This document shows, one piece after another, positions 10,059 to 19,826 of a stretch of DNA of 64,000 nucleotides (position 1 is the first letter of the stretch; each line of letters opens with the position of its first letter). The DNA comes from an uncultured Chloroflexia bacterium (GTDB lineage Bacteria; Chloroflexota; Limnocylindria; Limnocylindrales; CSP1-4), in NCBI GenBank assembly GCA_963712745.1, contig CAVQJC010000004.1, forward strand, positions 192,001-256,000. Direction: 5' to 3'. Under the pieces are notes generated by a model. The model was not told the origin of the DNA. It ran no database searches and was given only the letters and a program-made list of their open reading frames with translations. Both the position numbers and the translations under genes were made by a program.

Positions 10059-10064
10059 TAGACT
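10059..10064 (+). promoter_or_regulatory. -10 box TAGACT of leaderless HAD gene, spanning the IS junction
   Basis: TAGACT 7 nt before GTG 10072; first T supplied by IS end. Confidence 0.6.
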
Positions 10065-10071
10065 CAGGCGT

Positions 10072-10830
10072 GTGAACCTCGCGACCGACCCTTCCGTCAT
10101 CCTGCTCGACGTGGGCGACACGATGGCCAAGGCCTATCCCTCCTGGCGGGACGTGTATGCCACCGTCTTCGCGCCCCACGGCATCCAGGCCGACGGAGAC
10201 GACTTCGAGGCCGCCTTCCGCGAAGCCTGGGCCGAGTGGGCACACGAAGGGCCCTTCGAGGCCACCGAGGAAGCCTCCTTCCAGCGGCTCATGGAGCTCG
10301 ACCAGCTGGTCTTCGACCGGCTCGGCTATCCGGATCTGCCGGAGTCGTTCTTCCGCGATGTCGACGCCGCGTTCCGGCAACGCTCCGCGTTCTATGTCTT
10401 CCCCGACGTCATCCCCGCGCTCGACGTGATGCAGGCAGCAGGCCTTCGTCTCGCCGTCGTCAGCAACTGGGGCTGGGCCGCCCCGGAGCTGCTGCAGACG
10501 CTGGAGCTGGCCCGCCACTTCGAGGTCATGAGCATCAGCGCTCGCGTGGGCTACCAGAAGCCGCACCCAGCGATCTTCGAGCACGCGCTCCACCTGCTGG
10601 GCGTGGGACCGGATGAGGCCATCCACATCGGGGACGATCCCCAGGCCGATGTCGTCGGCGCACGCCGAGTCGGCATCGAACCGGTGCTCATCGACCGCCG
10701 CGGCCGCATCGACACGCCCATCGGGGCCGGGTCTGGGACCGGTCAAGTGGCCCTCGTCCGCGACTTCTGGCAGTTGCTGGATCTGCTCGGGCTGGAGCGG
10801 CCGGCATCGATCGACGGGGATCAGGCCTGA
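10072..10830 (+). CDS. HAD-IA family hydrolase
   Basis: LLDVGDT motif I, VVSNW, KPHPAIF, HIGDD..ADVVGA. Confidence 0.92.
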   Translation: MNLATDPSVILLDVGDTMAKAYPSWRDVYATVFAPHGIQADGDDFEAAFREAWAEWAHEGPFEATEEASFQRLMELDQLVFDRLGYPDLPESFFRDVDAAFRQRSAFYVFPDVIPALDVMQAAGLRLAVVSNWGWAAPELLQTLELARHFEVMSISARVGYQKPHPAIFEHALHLLGVGPDEAIHIGDDPQADVVGARRVGIEPVLIDRRGRIDTPIGAGSGTGQVALVRDFWQLLDLLGLERPASIDGDQA

Positions 10831-11399
10831 GCGAGCGACGACCGGCGCGCTGGCGACTCTTCATCGCTCATCCCGTTCCAGCGGCCGTGCGCGACGAGCT
10901 CCACGCGCAGCTCGCGCCCTACCGCGCGCGTCACCTCGACGTGCGATGGACCCGGCCGGAGACCTGGCACCTGACGCTGCTCTTCCTCGGCTCGGTCGAG
11001 CACGCACGAGTTACCGAGGTCGAGGCTTTGATGGCTCAAGTGGCACAACAAGGCGCGCCCTACAGGGCACGCGTCGAGCGCGGCGGCGGCCGCGTCGGTC
11101 GGGGCGACGGCGTGGCCTGGATCGGCCTCAGCGTGGGTTCAGGCCAGCTCATCGAGACGGCGCAGCAGGCCGCAGCGGCGTGTCCGCCCGACATCAGCGA
11201 TGGCCCCGCCCCACGGCGCACGCCCTCGGCCCATCTGACGGTAGTGCGGCGCGCGGACCGGTCGGTCATCGAAGCGCTGCGGACCCAGGCACACGGCGAG
11301 CTGGGCGTGGAGTGGACGGTCGACCGCGTCGCGCTGGTGCGCAGCCACCTGGAGCCCTCGGGCGCGAGCTACCAGACGCTGGCTGAAGTCGCGTTGTAG
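10827..11399 (+). CDS. thpR: RNA 2',3'-cyclic phosphodiesterase (2H phosphoesterase); probable CTG start
   Basis: RLFIA N-terminal motif upstream of GTG 10887, two HLT motifs ([14 protein letters not shown]). Confidence 0.85.
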   Translation: MSERRPARWRLFIAHPVPAAVRDELHAQLAPYRARHLDVRWTRPETWHLTLLFLGSVEHARVTEVEALMAQVAQQGAPYRARVERGGGRVGRGDGVAWIGLSVGSGQLIETAQQAAAACPPDISDGPAPRRTPSAHLTVVRRADRSVIEALRTQAHGELGVEWTVDRVALVRSHLEPSGASYQTLAEVAL

Positions 11400-11460
11400 G
11401 CTCCCTGCAGGCACCTGCCTGGAATCATGCCGCCAGCCCGGCGGCGACGAGGAGAAGACC

Positions 11461-12823
11461 ATGGCGCTGCAGCAGACCAAGTTCATCCTGACCGAGGACC
11501 GGATCCCGCGCGCCTGGTACAACATCAACGCGGATCTCCCCGTGCCGCTCTCCCCGCCGCTCCATCCAGGTACCAGGCAGCCGATCGGCCCGGACGACCT
11601 CGCGCCACTCTTCCCCATGGCCCTCATCGCCCAGGAGATGAGCGCCGATCGTGAGATCGAGATCCCCGAGCCGGTCCTGCAGGCGTACACCATGTACCGC
11701 CCGTCGCCGCTGTTTCGCGCCCATCGCCTCGAGAAGGCCCTGGGCTCGACGGCCAAGATCTTCTACAAGTACGAGGGTGGCAGCCCGGCCGGCAGCCACA
11801 AGCCGAACACGGCCATCCCGCAGGCGTTCTACAACAAGGAAGAGGGCGTCACACGCCTGACCACCGAGACCGGGGCCGGCCAATGGGGCACGGCGCTGGC
11901 GATGGCGGGTGCCATGTTCGGCCTGGAGGTGATCGATCTACCAGGTGCGGGCCTCATACGACGCCAAGCCTGGACGCCGCAACCACATGAAGATGTACGG
12001 CGCCAACGTCGTGGCCAGCCCCAGCACTCTGACCGCGTACGGCCGCAAGGTGCTGGCTGAGACACCTGACACTCCGGGCTCGCTGGGCATCGCCATCAGC
12101 GAGGGTGTCGAGGACGCGGCCACGCACGAGGACACGCGCTACGCGCTGGGCTCGGTGCTCAATCACGTGCTCCTGCACCAGACCGTCATCGGCCAGGAGG
12201 CCATGGAGCAGATGGAGCTGGCCGGCGAGGACCCGGACATCATCGTGGCCTGTGCCGGCGGCGGCTCCAACTTCGCCGGCCTCACCTTCCCCTTCATCGG
12301 TCGCAAGCTGCGCGGCGAGGCCGACTACCGCTTCATCGCAGCGGAGCCCTCAGCTGCCCCCAGCCTGACGCGCGGGGTGTACGCCTACGACTTCGGCGAC
12401 ACCGGCCAGATGGCGCCTATCGTCAAGATGCACACACTGGGCCATGACTTCGTGCCCGATCCCATCCACGCCGGTGGCCTGCGCTACCACGGCATGTCGC
12501 CGCAGGTGAGCCTGCTCAAGGACCAGGGGATCATCGAGGCGCAGGCCGTCCCGCAGTCGAGGACCTTCGATGCGGCGCGGACCTTCACCCAGACCGAGCT
12601 GGTCCTGCCCGCGCCCGAGCCGGCGCACGCCATCGCCGTCGTCATCGACGAGGTCAGGAAGGCCAAGGAGGCCGGCACCAGCCCGACCATCCTCTTCAAC
12701 ATGTGCGGCCACGGCCACTTCGATGCGTCCTCGTACACGCGCTACCTGGACGGTGAGCTCGAGGACTTCGAGCTACCGCAGGAGCGCATCCAGCACGCGC
12801 TCGAGACGGTCCCGTCAGTCTGA
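11461..12823 (+). CDS. trpB2: TrpB-like PLP enzyme (TrpB2), split by a +1 frameshift near 11931-11938
   Basis: [17 protein letters not shown] in first frame; [37 protein letters not shown] in second. Confidence 0.92.
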
Positions 12824-13428
12824 ACGACAAGGAGCGGGAGCTCGTCCTCGGGCTCCCGCGTTCCCGCATCATCGGGGACCGTCCATGGAACGGCATCCTT
12901 GTTGCGGAGGTCGACGGATACCTCGACCTCATCGCGGCAGAGGGCGAGTACCGCCCCCGTGGCGAGGCCGAGAAGGACCCCGGCTGGAAGCAGATCATCC
13001 CGTATCTGCTGATGCGTGATGGTGAGCGCCTGTTCCTGATGCAGCGCACCCGGGCCGGTGGCGATGTTCGCCTGCACGATCTCTACTCGCTCGGCATCGG
13101 GGGGCACCTCAACCCCCAGGACGGGGGCGTGCTGGGCGGACTCCGGCGCGAGTTCCACGAGGAGATGGTGGCCGACTGGGAGCCCGAGCCGCGGCTGGTG
13201 GGCCTGCTCAACGACGATGACGTGCTGGTGGGCCAGGTCCATCTGGGCGTGGTCTTCGAGGCTGACGCCGCCGGACGCGCGCTTGAGGTTCGTGAGATCG
13301 ACAAGCTCAGTGGACGGTTCGTGCTGCCCCGCGAGGTCGAGCCCATCTACGAGCGCATGGAGACGTGGAGCCAGCTCCTCTTCGACCACGTCACCGGCCG
13401 CCAGGCGAGCCCGATCGAGAGAGGCTGA
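12820..13428 (+). CDS. NUDIX-family phosphoesterase; probable CTG start
   Basis: In-frame upstream extension ELVLG...RGEAEKDPGWKQIIPY, then RLHDLYSLGIGGH, REFHEE, VGQVHLG. Confidence 0.85.
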   Translation: MNDKERELVLGLPRSRIIGDRPWNGILVAEVDGYLDLIAAEGEYRPRGEAEKDPGWKQIIPYLLMRDGERLFLMQRTRAGGDVRLHDLYSLGIGGHLNPQDGGVLGGLRREFHEEMVADWEPEPRLVGLLNDDDVLVGQVHLGVVFEADAAGRALEVREIDKLSGRFVLPREVEPIYERMETWSQLLFDHVTGRQASPIERG

Positions 13429-13460
13429 CCCGCGAACCGGCGGTGGGATAATCGACACAG

Positions 13461-14858
13461 GTGAAACTCGTGGCACGTCGACTCTCGCCGCTGACCGTCG
13501 TCCGCTCACTCCTGCTGCTCGTGGGCACGATCAGCCTGCTCCTGAGCACGGCGCTGGCCCAGGACGGCGCTGAGGAGCGAAGCACGGTCATCGTCCTGCC
13601 CACCAGCGGCGTGGTCGACCAGATCATGTCCGAGTACCTGCGCTCGGGGATCGAGCGCGCCGTGTCCGAAGGCGCGGCCGCCGTGGTCATCGAGCTGGAC
13701 ACTCCCGGCGGTTCGCTCGAATCGACCCGCGAGATCGTCCAGTCCGAGCTGTCCGCAGAGGTGCCCGTGATGGTCTGGGTCGGCCCTGCCGGCGCCCGGG
13801 CCGCCAGCGCCGGCACGTTCCTGACACTGGCCGCCCACATCGCCTCCATGGCGCCGGCCACCAACATCGGCGCCGCCACGCCCATCTCGGGCGACGGCTC
13901 GGACATCCCCGACGACCTGGGCGAGAAGGTCATGAACGACACCATCGCTACGATCACGTCGATCGCCGAGGAGCGCGGCCGGCCGGTGGAGTGGGCCGTG
14001 GCCACGGTCGAGGAAGCCGCCTCCTATACGGTCGACCAGGCGCTTGCGGCCGGCGCCATCGACTTCAAGGCGGAGTCGATCGAGGACCTCCTGGCACAGG
14101 CCGACGGCAGGACCGTGAACGTGGCCGGCGAGGAGATCGTGCTCGAGACCGCCGGAGCACGGATCGAGGAGCTGGGCATGAACCCGTTCCAGGCCTTCCT
14201 CCACCTGCTCAGCGACCCCAACATCGCCTTCATCCTCTTCACGCTCGGGTTCTACGGCATCTTCTTCGAGCTCCAGAACCCCAACTACGTGACCGGCATC
14301 CTCGGCGCCTTCGCGCTGATCCTCGCGTTCATCGGCTTCGGCAGCCTGCCCTTGAACATCGCCGGTCTGCTGCTCATCGGCCTGGCCGTCGTGCTCTTCG
14401 TACTCGAGCTCACGGTCACCAGCGGAGGTCTGCTCACCATCGGCGGGCTGGTGGCCTTCGTACTGGGCGCCTCGGCGCTCTACACCCAGCCGGGCGACCC
14501 GGTGGCGCCATCAGTGAGCGTCTCGACTGACGTCATCGTGGTCATGACCGTGCTCACGGGCCTCGTCGTGCTCGGCGTCTTGTTCGTAGTCATGAAGCAA
14601 CGCCGACAGCCCCAGACGGCCGTGGGCGTCGGCCACATCACCTCGCCGCTGGTGCCCCTCGGGACTCCAGGAGAGGTGCGTAGCCCGCTGCAACCCACCG
14701 GCACCGTCTACGCTGCCGGCGAGGAGTGGACGGCCCGGGCCGCAGATGCTCGCCTCGTCGAACGCGGGTCCTCCGTGCGCGTGGCCGGCAACGATGGCAT
14801 GGTGCTCATCGTCGAGCAGATGACAACAGTCGCCGACAGCACAGAAGGGATGGTTTGA
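13461..14858 (+). CDS. nfeD: long-form NfeD membrane-bound serine protease
   Basis: Signal peptide, LDTPGG, GARAASAG, MAPATNIGAA, TM bundle, C-terminal OB domain (GTVYAAGEEWTA). Confidence 0.93.
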   Translation: MKLVARRLSPLTVVRSLLLLVGTISLLLSTALAQDGAEERSTVIVLPTSGVVDQIMSEYLRSGIERAVSEGAAAVVIELDTPGGSLESTREIVQSELSAEVPVMVWVGPAGARAASAGTFLTLAAHIASMAPATNIGAATPISGDGSDIPDDLGEKVMNDTIATITSIAEERGRPVEWAVATVEEAASYTVDQALAAGAIDFKAESIEDLLAQADGRTVNVAGEEIVLETAGARIEELGMNPFQAFLHLLSDPNIAFILFTLGFYGIFFELQNPNYVTGILGAFALILAFIGFGSLPLNIAGLLLIGLAVVLFVLELTVTSGGLLTIGGLVAFVLGASALYTQPGDPVAPSVSVSTDVIVVMTVLTGLVVLGVLFVVMKQRRQPQTAVGVGHITSPLVPLGTPGEVRSPLQPTGTVYAAGEEWTARAADARLVERGSSVRVAGNDGMVLIVEQMTTVADSTEGMV

Positions 14859-14860
14859 CC

Positions 14861-15808
14861 ATGGACCTCGGTAGCGGACTCATCGTGACTGCGTTGTTCC
14901 TGCTCGTCGTCGGCGCCGTCATCCTCTATCTGTCGGTGCGCATCGTGCGCCAGTACGAGCGCATGGTCATCTTCCGACTGGGCCGCACCGATGAGGGGCT
15001 CGTGCGCGATCCCGGCCTGCGCTTCCTCATCCCCTTCATCGACCGCCCCGTCAAGGTCGACATCCGCGAGGACTACATCGAGGTCCCCAGCCAGACCGTC
15101 ATCACCCGCGACAACGCTCCGGTCGACATCGACTTCCTCATCTACTGGCGCATCATCGATCCCATGAGCAGCCTCATCAACATCGCCGACTTCCGCGGTG
15201 CGCTGCAGGGCATCGCCATGACCACGCTGCGCGCGGTGGTGGGCGACATGATGCTCGACGACGTCCTCTCCAAGCGCGACGACGTGAACAGGGTGCTCCG
15301 GGCCAAGCTCGACGAGCAGACCGAGCGCTGGGGCGGCAAGGTCACGACGGTCGAGATACGGGAGCTTACCCCGCCGCCTGACGTGCAGAACTCCATGAAC
15401 CGCGTGCTCACCGCCGAGCGGACTCGGCGCGCGGTCATCACCGAGTCCGAGGGCGAGCGGCAGTCGAAGATCAACGTGGCCGAAGGCGAGAAGCAGTCGG
15501 CCATCCTGCGAGCGGAGGGCAAGCGTCAGTCGGCCATCCTGGAGGCGGAGGGCTACAGCCAGGCGCTCACCCGGATCTTCGAGGCCGCCAAGGCCATCGA
15601 CGACCGCACCATGACGCTGCAGTACTTCGAGGCCCTCAAGGAGCTCGGCGCGAGCCCCTCGACCAAGTACATCCTCCCGCTCGAGCTGACAGACCTGGCC
15701 AGGCGCCTGGGCAACTTCCTTGACAGTGGGCTGGACACCGGTGCCTCGGTCAGACTGAGCATCGCGAGCGATACGGCCGAAGACGAGGAGCGCACCGCCG
15801 GCGCCTGA
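14861..15808 (+). CDS. SPFH/stomatin (slipin) protein
   Basis: N-terminal TM, RQYERMVIFRLG, Q.VITRDN, TTLRAVVG, WGGKV, AER.RRA coiled coil; adjacent to nfeD. Confidence 0.93.
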   Translation: MDLGSGLIVTALFLLVVGAVILYLSVRIVRQYERMVIFRLGRTDEGLVRDPGLRFLIPFIDRPVKVDIREDYIEVPSQTVITRDNAPVDIDFLIYWRIIDPMSSLINIADFRGALQGIAMTTLRAVVGDMMLDDVLSKRDDVNRVLRAKLDEQTERWGGKVTTVEIRELTPPPDVQNSMNRVLTAERTRRAVITESEGERQSKINVAEGEKQSAILRAEGKRQSAILEAEGYSQALTRIFEAAKAIDDRTMTLQYFEALKELGASPSTKYILPLELTDLARRLGNFLDSGLDTGASVRLSIASDTAEDEERTAGA

Positions 15809-15824
15809 GCGCCGTCCGCGCCAG

Positions 15825-16592
15825 ATGCTGCCCACCGTCCGCGCCTCCCGCTACGTCGCGCCGCTGCGCGAGGGCGGCTCGATGCCCGGGCTGATGGAGG
15901 CCGACGACGAAGGCACCTACGTGGTCAAGTACCGCGGCGCCGGCCAGGGGCCCAAGGCCCTGGTGGCCGAGCTCATCGCGGGGGAGATCGCGCGCGCCGT
16001 CGGCCTGCCCGTGCCCGAGGCCGTGCTGGTGGATCTGGATGCATCCTTCGGTCGCCTGGAGATCGACTACGAGATCGGCCACCTGCTGCGGTCGAGCACA
16101 GGCCTCAACTACGGGCTCGACTTCCTGCCCGGCTCAATCACCTATGACCCGCTGGTGCCGCCGGCTCCCGATCCGGTCCTGGCAGCAGACATCGTCTGGC
16201 TGGATGCCTTCGTGACCAACCCCGATCGGACGGCCCGCAACACCAACCTGCTGGAGTGGCACGGGCGTATCTGGCTCATCGATCACGGCGCTTCGCTCTA
16301 CTTCCACCACGACTGGGGCGACGTGCTGGCACGCGCGGCCGATCCCTTCGATCACGTGGCGCGGCACGTCTTGCTGCCCTTCGCGGGCGACCTGGCGGCC
16401 GCCGATGGACGCGCGCACGAGCGACTCTCGCGCTCGGTGTTCGAGGCCATCGTCTCGGCCGTGCCTGACGCCTGGCTGGCCCAGCACTACGGCGGATCCA
16501 CGCCGCACGATGTCCGCGCTCGGTACGCGGACTATCTCGCCACCCGGCTGGCCGGATCGCACGTGTTCGTGGAGGAGGCGGCCCGTGGCTGA
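15825..16592 (+). CDS. HipA-like kinase
   Basis: PLREGGSMPG, YVVKYRGAGQG.KALVAE, NPDRTARNTNLL, LIDHGASL. Confidence 0.88.
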   Translation: MLPTVRASRYVAPLREGGSMPGLMEADDEGTYVVKYRGAGQGPKALVAELIAGEIARAVGLPVPEAVLVDLDASFGRLEIDYEIGHLLRSSTGLNYGLDFLPGSITYDPLVPPAPDPVLAADIVWLDAFVTNPDRTARNTNLLEWHGRIWLIDHGASLYFHHDWGDVLARAADPFDHVARHVLLPFAGDLAAADGRAHERLSRSVFEAIVSAVPDAWLAQHYGGSTPHDVRARYADYLATRLAGSHVFVEEAARG

Positions 16593-16974
16593 GCCCTGCA
16601 TCTACGACTACGCCGTCGTGCGTGTCGTGCCCGACGTGGCTCGGGCGGAGTTCCTCAACGCCGGCATCATCCTTTTCGCCAAGTCCCACGGTGCACTGCT
16701 GGCGCGGGTCGCGCTCGACGAGGCCCGGCTGGCGCTGCTGGCACCGGACGCGGACGTGGCGGCCATCCGCTCACATCTCGAAGCCATCGAGCGCATCTGC
16801 GCCGGCGGCGCCGCGGCCGGGCCGCACGCGAGCCTGAGCGCGTCGGAGCGGTTTCATTGGCTGACCTCGCCGCGTAGCACGGCCATCCAGGTCTCGCCCG
16901 TCCACTCCGGCATCTGCGACGATCCCGAGGTCGAGGCGGACCGCCTGTTCGAGCGACTCGTCCACACTCGCTGA
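16585..16974 (+). CDS. DUF3037 domain protein
   Basis: YDYAVVRVVPDVARAEFLNAG...ERFHWLTSPRST.IQ.SPVHSG; overlaps kinase stop; GGAGG RBS. Confidence 0.88.
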   Translation: MAEPCIYDYAVVRVVPDVARAEFLNAGIILFAKSHGALLARVALDEARLALLAPDADVAAIRSHLEAIERICAGGAAAGPHASLSASERFHWLTSPRSTAIQVSPVHSGICDDPEVEADRLFERLVHTR

Positions 16975-17032
16975 CAGTCCCCGCGCAGCCGCGGCGAAGG
17001 TCCCGTGAAGTGGACACGGCCATGCTCAATGC

Positions 17033-18595
17033 ATGCTCGCGATCCTCGATACCGCCGTCGTCAGCGGCCTCCACGGTGAGCTCGTGCGCGTGGAGGTCGA
17101 TGTCGCGCCGGGCCTGCCCAGTTGCCACATCGTGGGCCTGCCAGATACGGCCCTCTCGGAGGCGCGTGAACGGGTCCGCAGCGCCATCCGCAACGCCGGC
17201 TTCGCCTATCCGCTGAGCCGCATCACGGTCAACCTGGCGCCGGCCGACCGGCGCAAGCACGGGGCCGCCTACGACGTGGCCATCGCCACCGGCATCCTGC
17301 TGGCCGCCGATGAGCTGCGGGCATCGGGTGGTCCGTGGGCGCTGCTGGGTGAGCTCTCCCTCGATGGCGGTGTCATGCCCATCCCGGGGGTCCTGCCCAT
17401 GGTGGCCACCCTGCGCGAGGCGGGGCATGCCCGTGTCTGTGTGCCGAAGCCGAACGTTGATGAGGCGCGGATGGTCGCGGGCATCGAGGTCATCGGGGTC
17501 GATGGGCTCGACGATGTCGCTCGCCTGGTGGCCGGACCGCGGGGGCGGAAGGCAGCTGCGGCCCGTCGCCGGCGACCGATCCGCGTGGCCGGTGGATCGG
17601 GACCCACAGCGGTCCCCAGCACGCTTGACACGTCTGAGGTCACCGAGCTGTCCGACGTGCGGGGACAGGAGCAGGCACGCTGGGCCCTGGAGGTGGCCCT
17701 GGCCGGCCGGCACAACCTGCTATTCATCGGTCCGCCCGGGGCAGGCAAGACCATGCTCGCGCGAGCCGTGCCCGGGCTGCAGCCGGAGCTGACTGACCAC
17801 GAAGCCCACGAGGTCGCGGTCATCCACAGCGTGGCCGGCCTCGATGTCGGCGCCGCCGACCGGCGGCGCCGCCCGTTCTGCAGCCCACACCACACGACCT
17901 CGTATGCGGCCATGGTCGGCGGCGGGCCGCGGCTGCGGCCGGGACTCGTGAGCCAGGCGCACCAGGGGGTGCTCTTCCTCGACGAGCTGGCCGAGTTCGA
18001 CCGCGACGTGCTGGACGCCCTGCGCCAGCCACTGGAGGACGGCCAGGTCGAGGTCGTGCGCGCACACGGTTCGGTCCGCTATCCGGCCCGCCTCCAACTC
18101 ATCGCGGCCATGAACCCGTGCCGCTGTGGCTGGTATGGCGACGCTGAGCGCCCATGCCGCTGCCCGCTCCGCGAGCCCGAGAGGTACCAGCGCCGGGTCA
18201 GTGGGCCCCTGCTCGACCGCATCGACCTGCGTGTCCTGATGCCGCGTCTGGTGACCGAGCAACTCGTGGCCCCCCTCCGGCCGGAGAGCAGTGTCGTGGT
18301 GGCGGCTCGCATCCGCGGGGCCCGGGAGCTGGCGCTCGCACGCAACGATGGGTTGCCCAACGCGGGCCTGCGCGGCCAGCACTTGCTGCTCACATGCGCA
18401 CTCGACACGGCCGCCAGGAACACCCTCTCGGACGTCTCGGCCAGCCTCGGGCTCACTGCTCGTGGTGTCCATCGCATGCTGCGCGTGGCCCGCACCATCG
18501 CCGACCTGCGAGGACACGAGAGAGTCGGCTCCGACGAAGTCTACGCGGCCACCTCCATGCGCGACCGTTCGCTGGAGGCGCAGATCGCTGCATGA
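17033..18595 (+). CDS. comM: YifB/ComM Mg-chelatase-like AAA ATPase
   Basis: VGLPD...EARERV, NLAPAD, GELSLDG, GPPGAGKT, LFLDE, AMNPCRCG, SGPLLDRID. Confidence 0.95.
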   Translation: MLAILDTAVVSGLHGELVRVEVDVAPGLPSCHIVGLPDTALSEARERVRSAIRNAGFAYPLSRITVNLAPADRRKHGAAYDVAIATGILLAADELRASGGPWALLGELSLDGGVMPIPGVLPMVATLREAGHARVCVPKPNVDEARMVAGIEVIGVDGLDDVARLVAGPRGRKAAAARRRRPIRVAGGSGPTAVPSTLDTSEVTELSDVRGQEQARWALEVALAGRHNLLFIGPPGAGKTMLARAVPGLQPELTDHEAHEVAVIHSVAGLDVGAADRRRRPFCSPHHTTSYAAMVGGGPRLRPGLVSQAHQGVLFLDELAEFDRDVLDALRQPLEDGQVEVVRAHGSVRYPARLQLIAAMNPCRCGWYGDAERPCRCPLREPERYQRRVSGPLLDRIDLRVLMPRLVTEQLVAPLRPESSVVVAARIRGARELALARNDGLPNAGLRGQHLLLTCALDTAARNTLSDVSASLGLTARGVHRMLRVARTIADLRGHERVGSDEVYAATSMRDRSLEAQIAA

Positions 18596-19770
18596 ACGAA
18601 CGGGAGGCCTGGATCGCCCTGGCCGGTGTGAGCGGCGTCGGAGACCTCACCTTCGCCCGCCTGCTGGCGCGCTACGGCAGCGCGCGTGCAGCGCTGGAGG
18701 CCGTGTCCGCATCGCCTCCGGCTCAGGCCGACCGACGCCTCGCCGACGAGCTCGGTCAGCGCCTCCGCCCGGGCCTGTGTCGCGGCGTGCGCGCGGCTGC
18801 CCGCGACCCCCTGCGCATCGAGCGGGAGATGGCAGCGCTGGGTGGCTGGATCGTGACGCGCCTCGACCCCTGCTACCCGTCGCGGCTCCATGCCATCGAA
18901 GAACCGCCGCCGGTGCTCTACGGCCTGGGCGACCAGGCCCTGCTCGAAGGGCCACGGCCGGTGGCCATCGTCGGTACCCGCCGGCCGACCGCGGTCGGCC
19001 GGGACCTGGCCGTGCGCATCGCCACCCGACTGTCGGAGGCCGGCTACACGGTCGTTTCCGGGCTGGCCGTCGGCATCGATGGGGCGGCGCACCTGGCCGC
19101 GCTCGAAGCCGGCCGCGAGACCATGGCCGTGGTCGGCAGCGGACTCGATGCGCCTGGACCGTCGGTCCATCGCCGACTGGCCCGGCGCATCGCCACATAC
19201 GGCGCCGTCGTCAGCGAACTGGCGCCGGGCGTGCGGGCCACGCGGGGCACGTTCCCCCGACGCAACCGCATCGTCAGCGGCCTGGCGTCGGCCACCATCG
19301 TGGTCGAGGCGCCGGCCCGCAGCGGGGCTCTCATCACCGCTCGACACGCACTCGAACAGGGTCGCGACCTTCTGGTGGCGCCCGGCCGCCCGCTCGATCC
19401 TCGGGTGGCGGGCAACCTGGCCCTGCTGCGCGAGTCCCCGGCGCGGCCCCTGGTCGGTCTCGACGAGATGCTGGCCGACCTCGATCCCGGAGGAGGAGGG
19501 GAGGACGGCCGCCCGTCTCTCGCCGCCCCCGCCCGTCTCTCGCCGGCGGCCGCCCTCGAGCTGCTCGATCCCACTGTTCGCTCGGTCGCGCGGCTGCTCC
19601 TGAGCGGCCCGCACTCGACGGACGGACTGTGCCGGGCAACGGGACTCGATGCGGGGGTGGTGGCCGCGGCCCTGACGATGCTGCAGCTGCGTGGCTGGGC
19701 CCGGGTCCATGGCGTGACCCACCTGGCGGCGGGACCATTGGCCGGGATGGACAACGACCGTGCGCCATGA
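18592..19770 (+). CDS. dprA: DNA-processing protein DprA
   Basis: AIVGTR, VSGLA.GIDG.AH, FPRRNRIVSG, SGALITA; ATGA overlap with comM. Confidence 0.95.
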   Translation: MNEREAWIALAGVSGVGDLTFARLLARYGSARAALEAVSASPPAQADRRLADELGQRLRPGLCRGVRAAARDPLRIEREMAALGGWIVTRLDPCYPSRLHAIEEPPPVLYGLGDQALLEGPRPVAIVGTRRPTAVGRDLAVRIATRLSEAGYTVVSGLAVGIDGAAHLAALEAGRETMAVVGSGLDAPGPSVHRRLARRIATYGAVVSELAPGVRATRGTFPRRNRIVSGLASATIVVEAPARSGALITARHALEQGRDLLVAPGRPLDPRVAGNLALLRESPARPLVGLDEMLADLDPGGGGEDGRPSLAAPARLSPAAALELLDPTVRSVARLLLSGPHSTDGLCRATGLDAGVVAAALTMLQLRGWARVHGVTHLAAGPLAGMDNDRAP

Positions 19771-19826
19771 GAGAGTCCGCCGAGCCCCAGCGGAATACGC
19801 CGGTCGTCGCAGCGTAGGATGGAGCC

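Larger units (their letters stand above)
8603..10061 (-). mobile_element. IS110-family insertion sequence, complete, CT core duplicated at both ends
   Basis: CT core (AG on +) at 8603-8604 and 10060-10061; transposase; ~220-nt left non-coding end; right end TTGACA...GGGGTATCT; no terminal inverted repeats. Confidence 0.92.
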
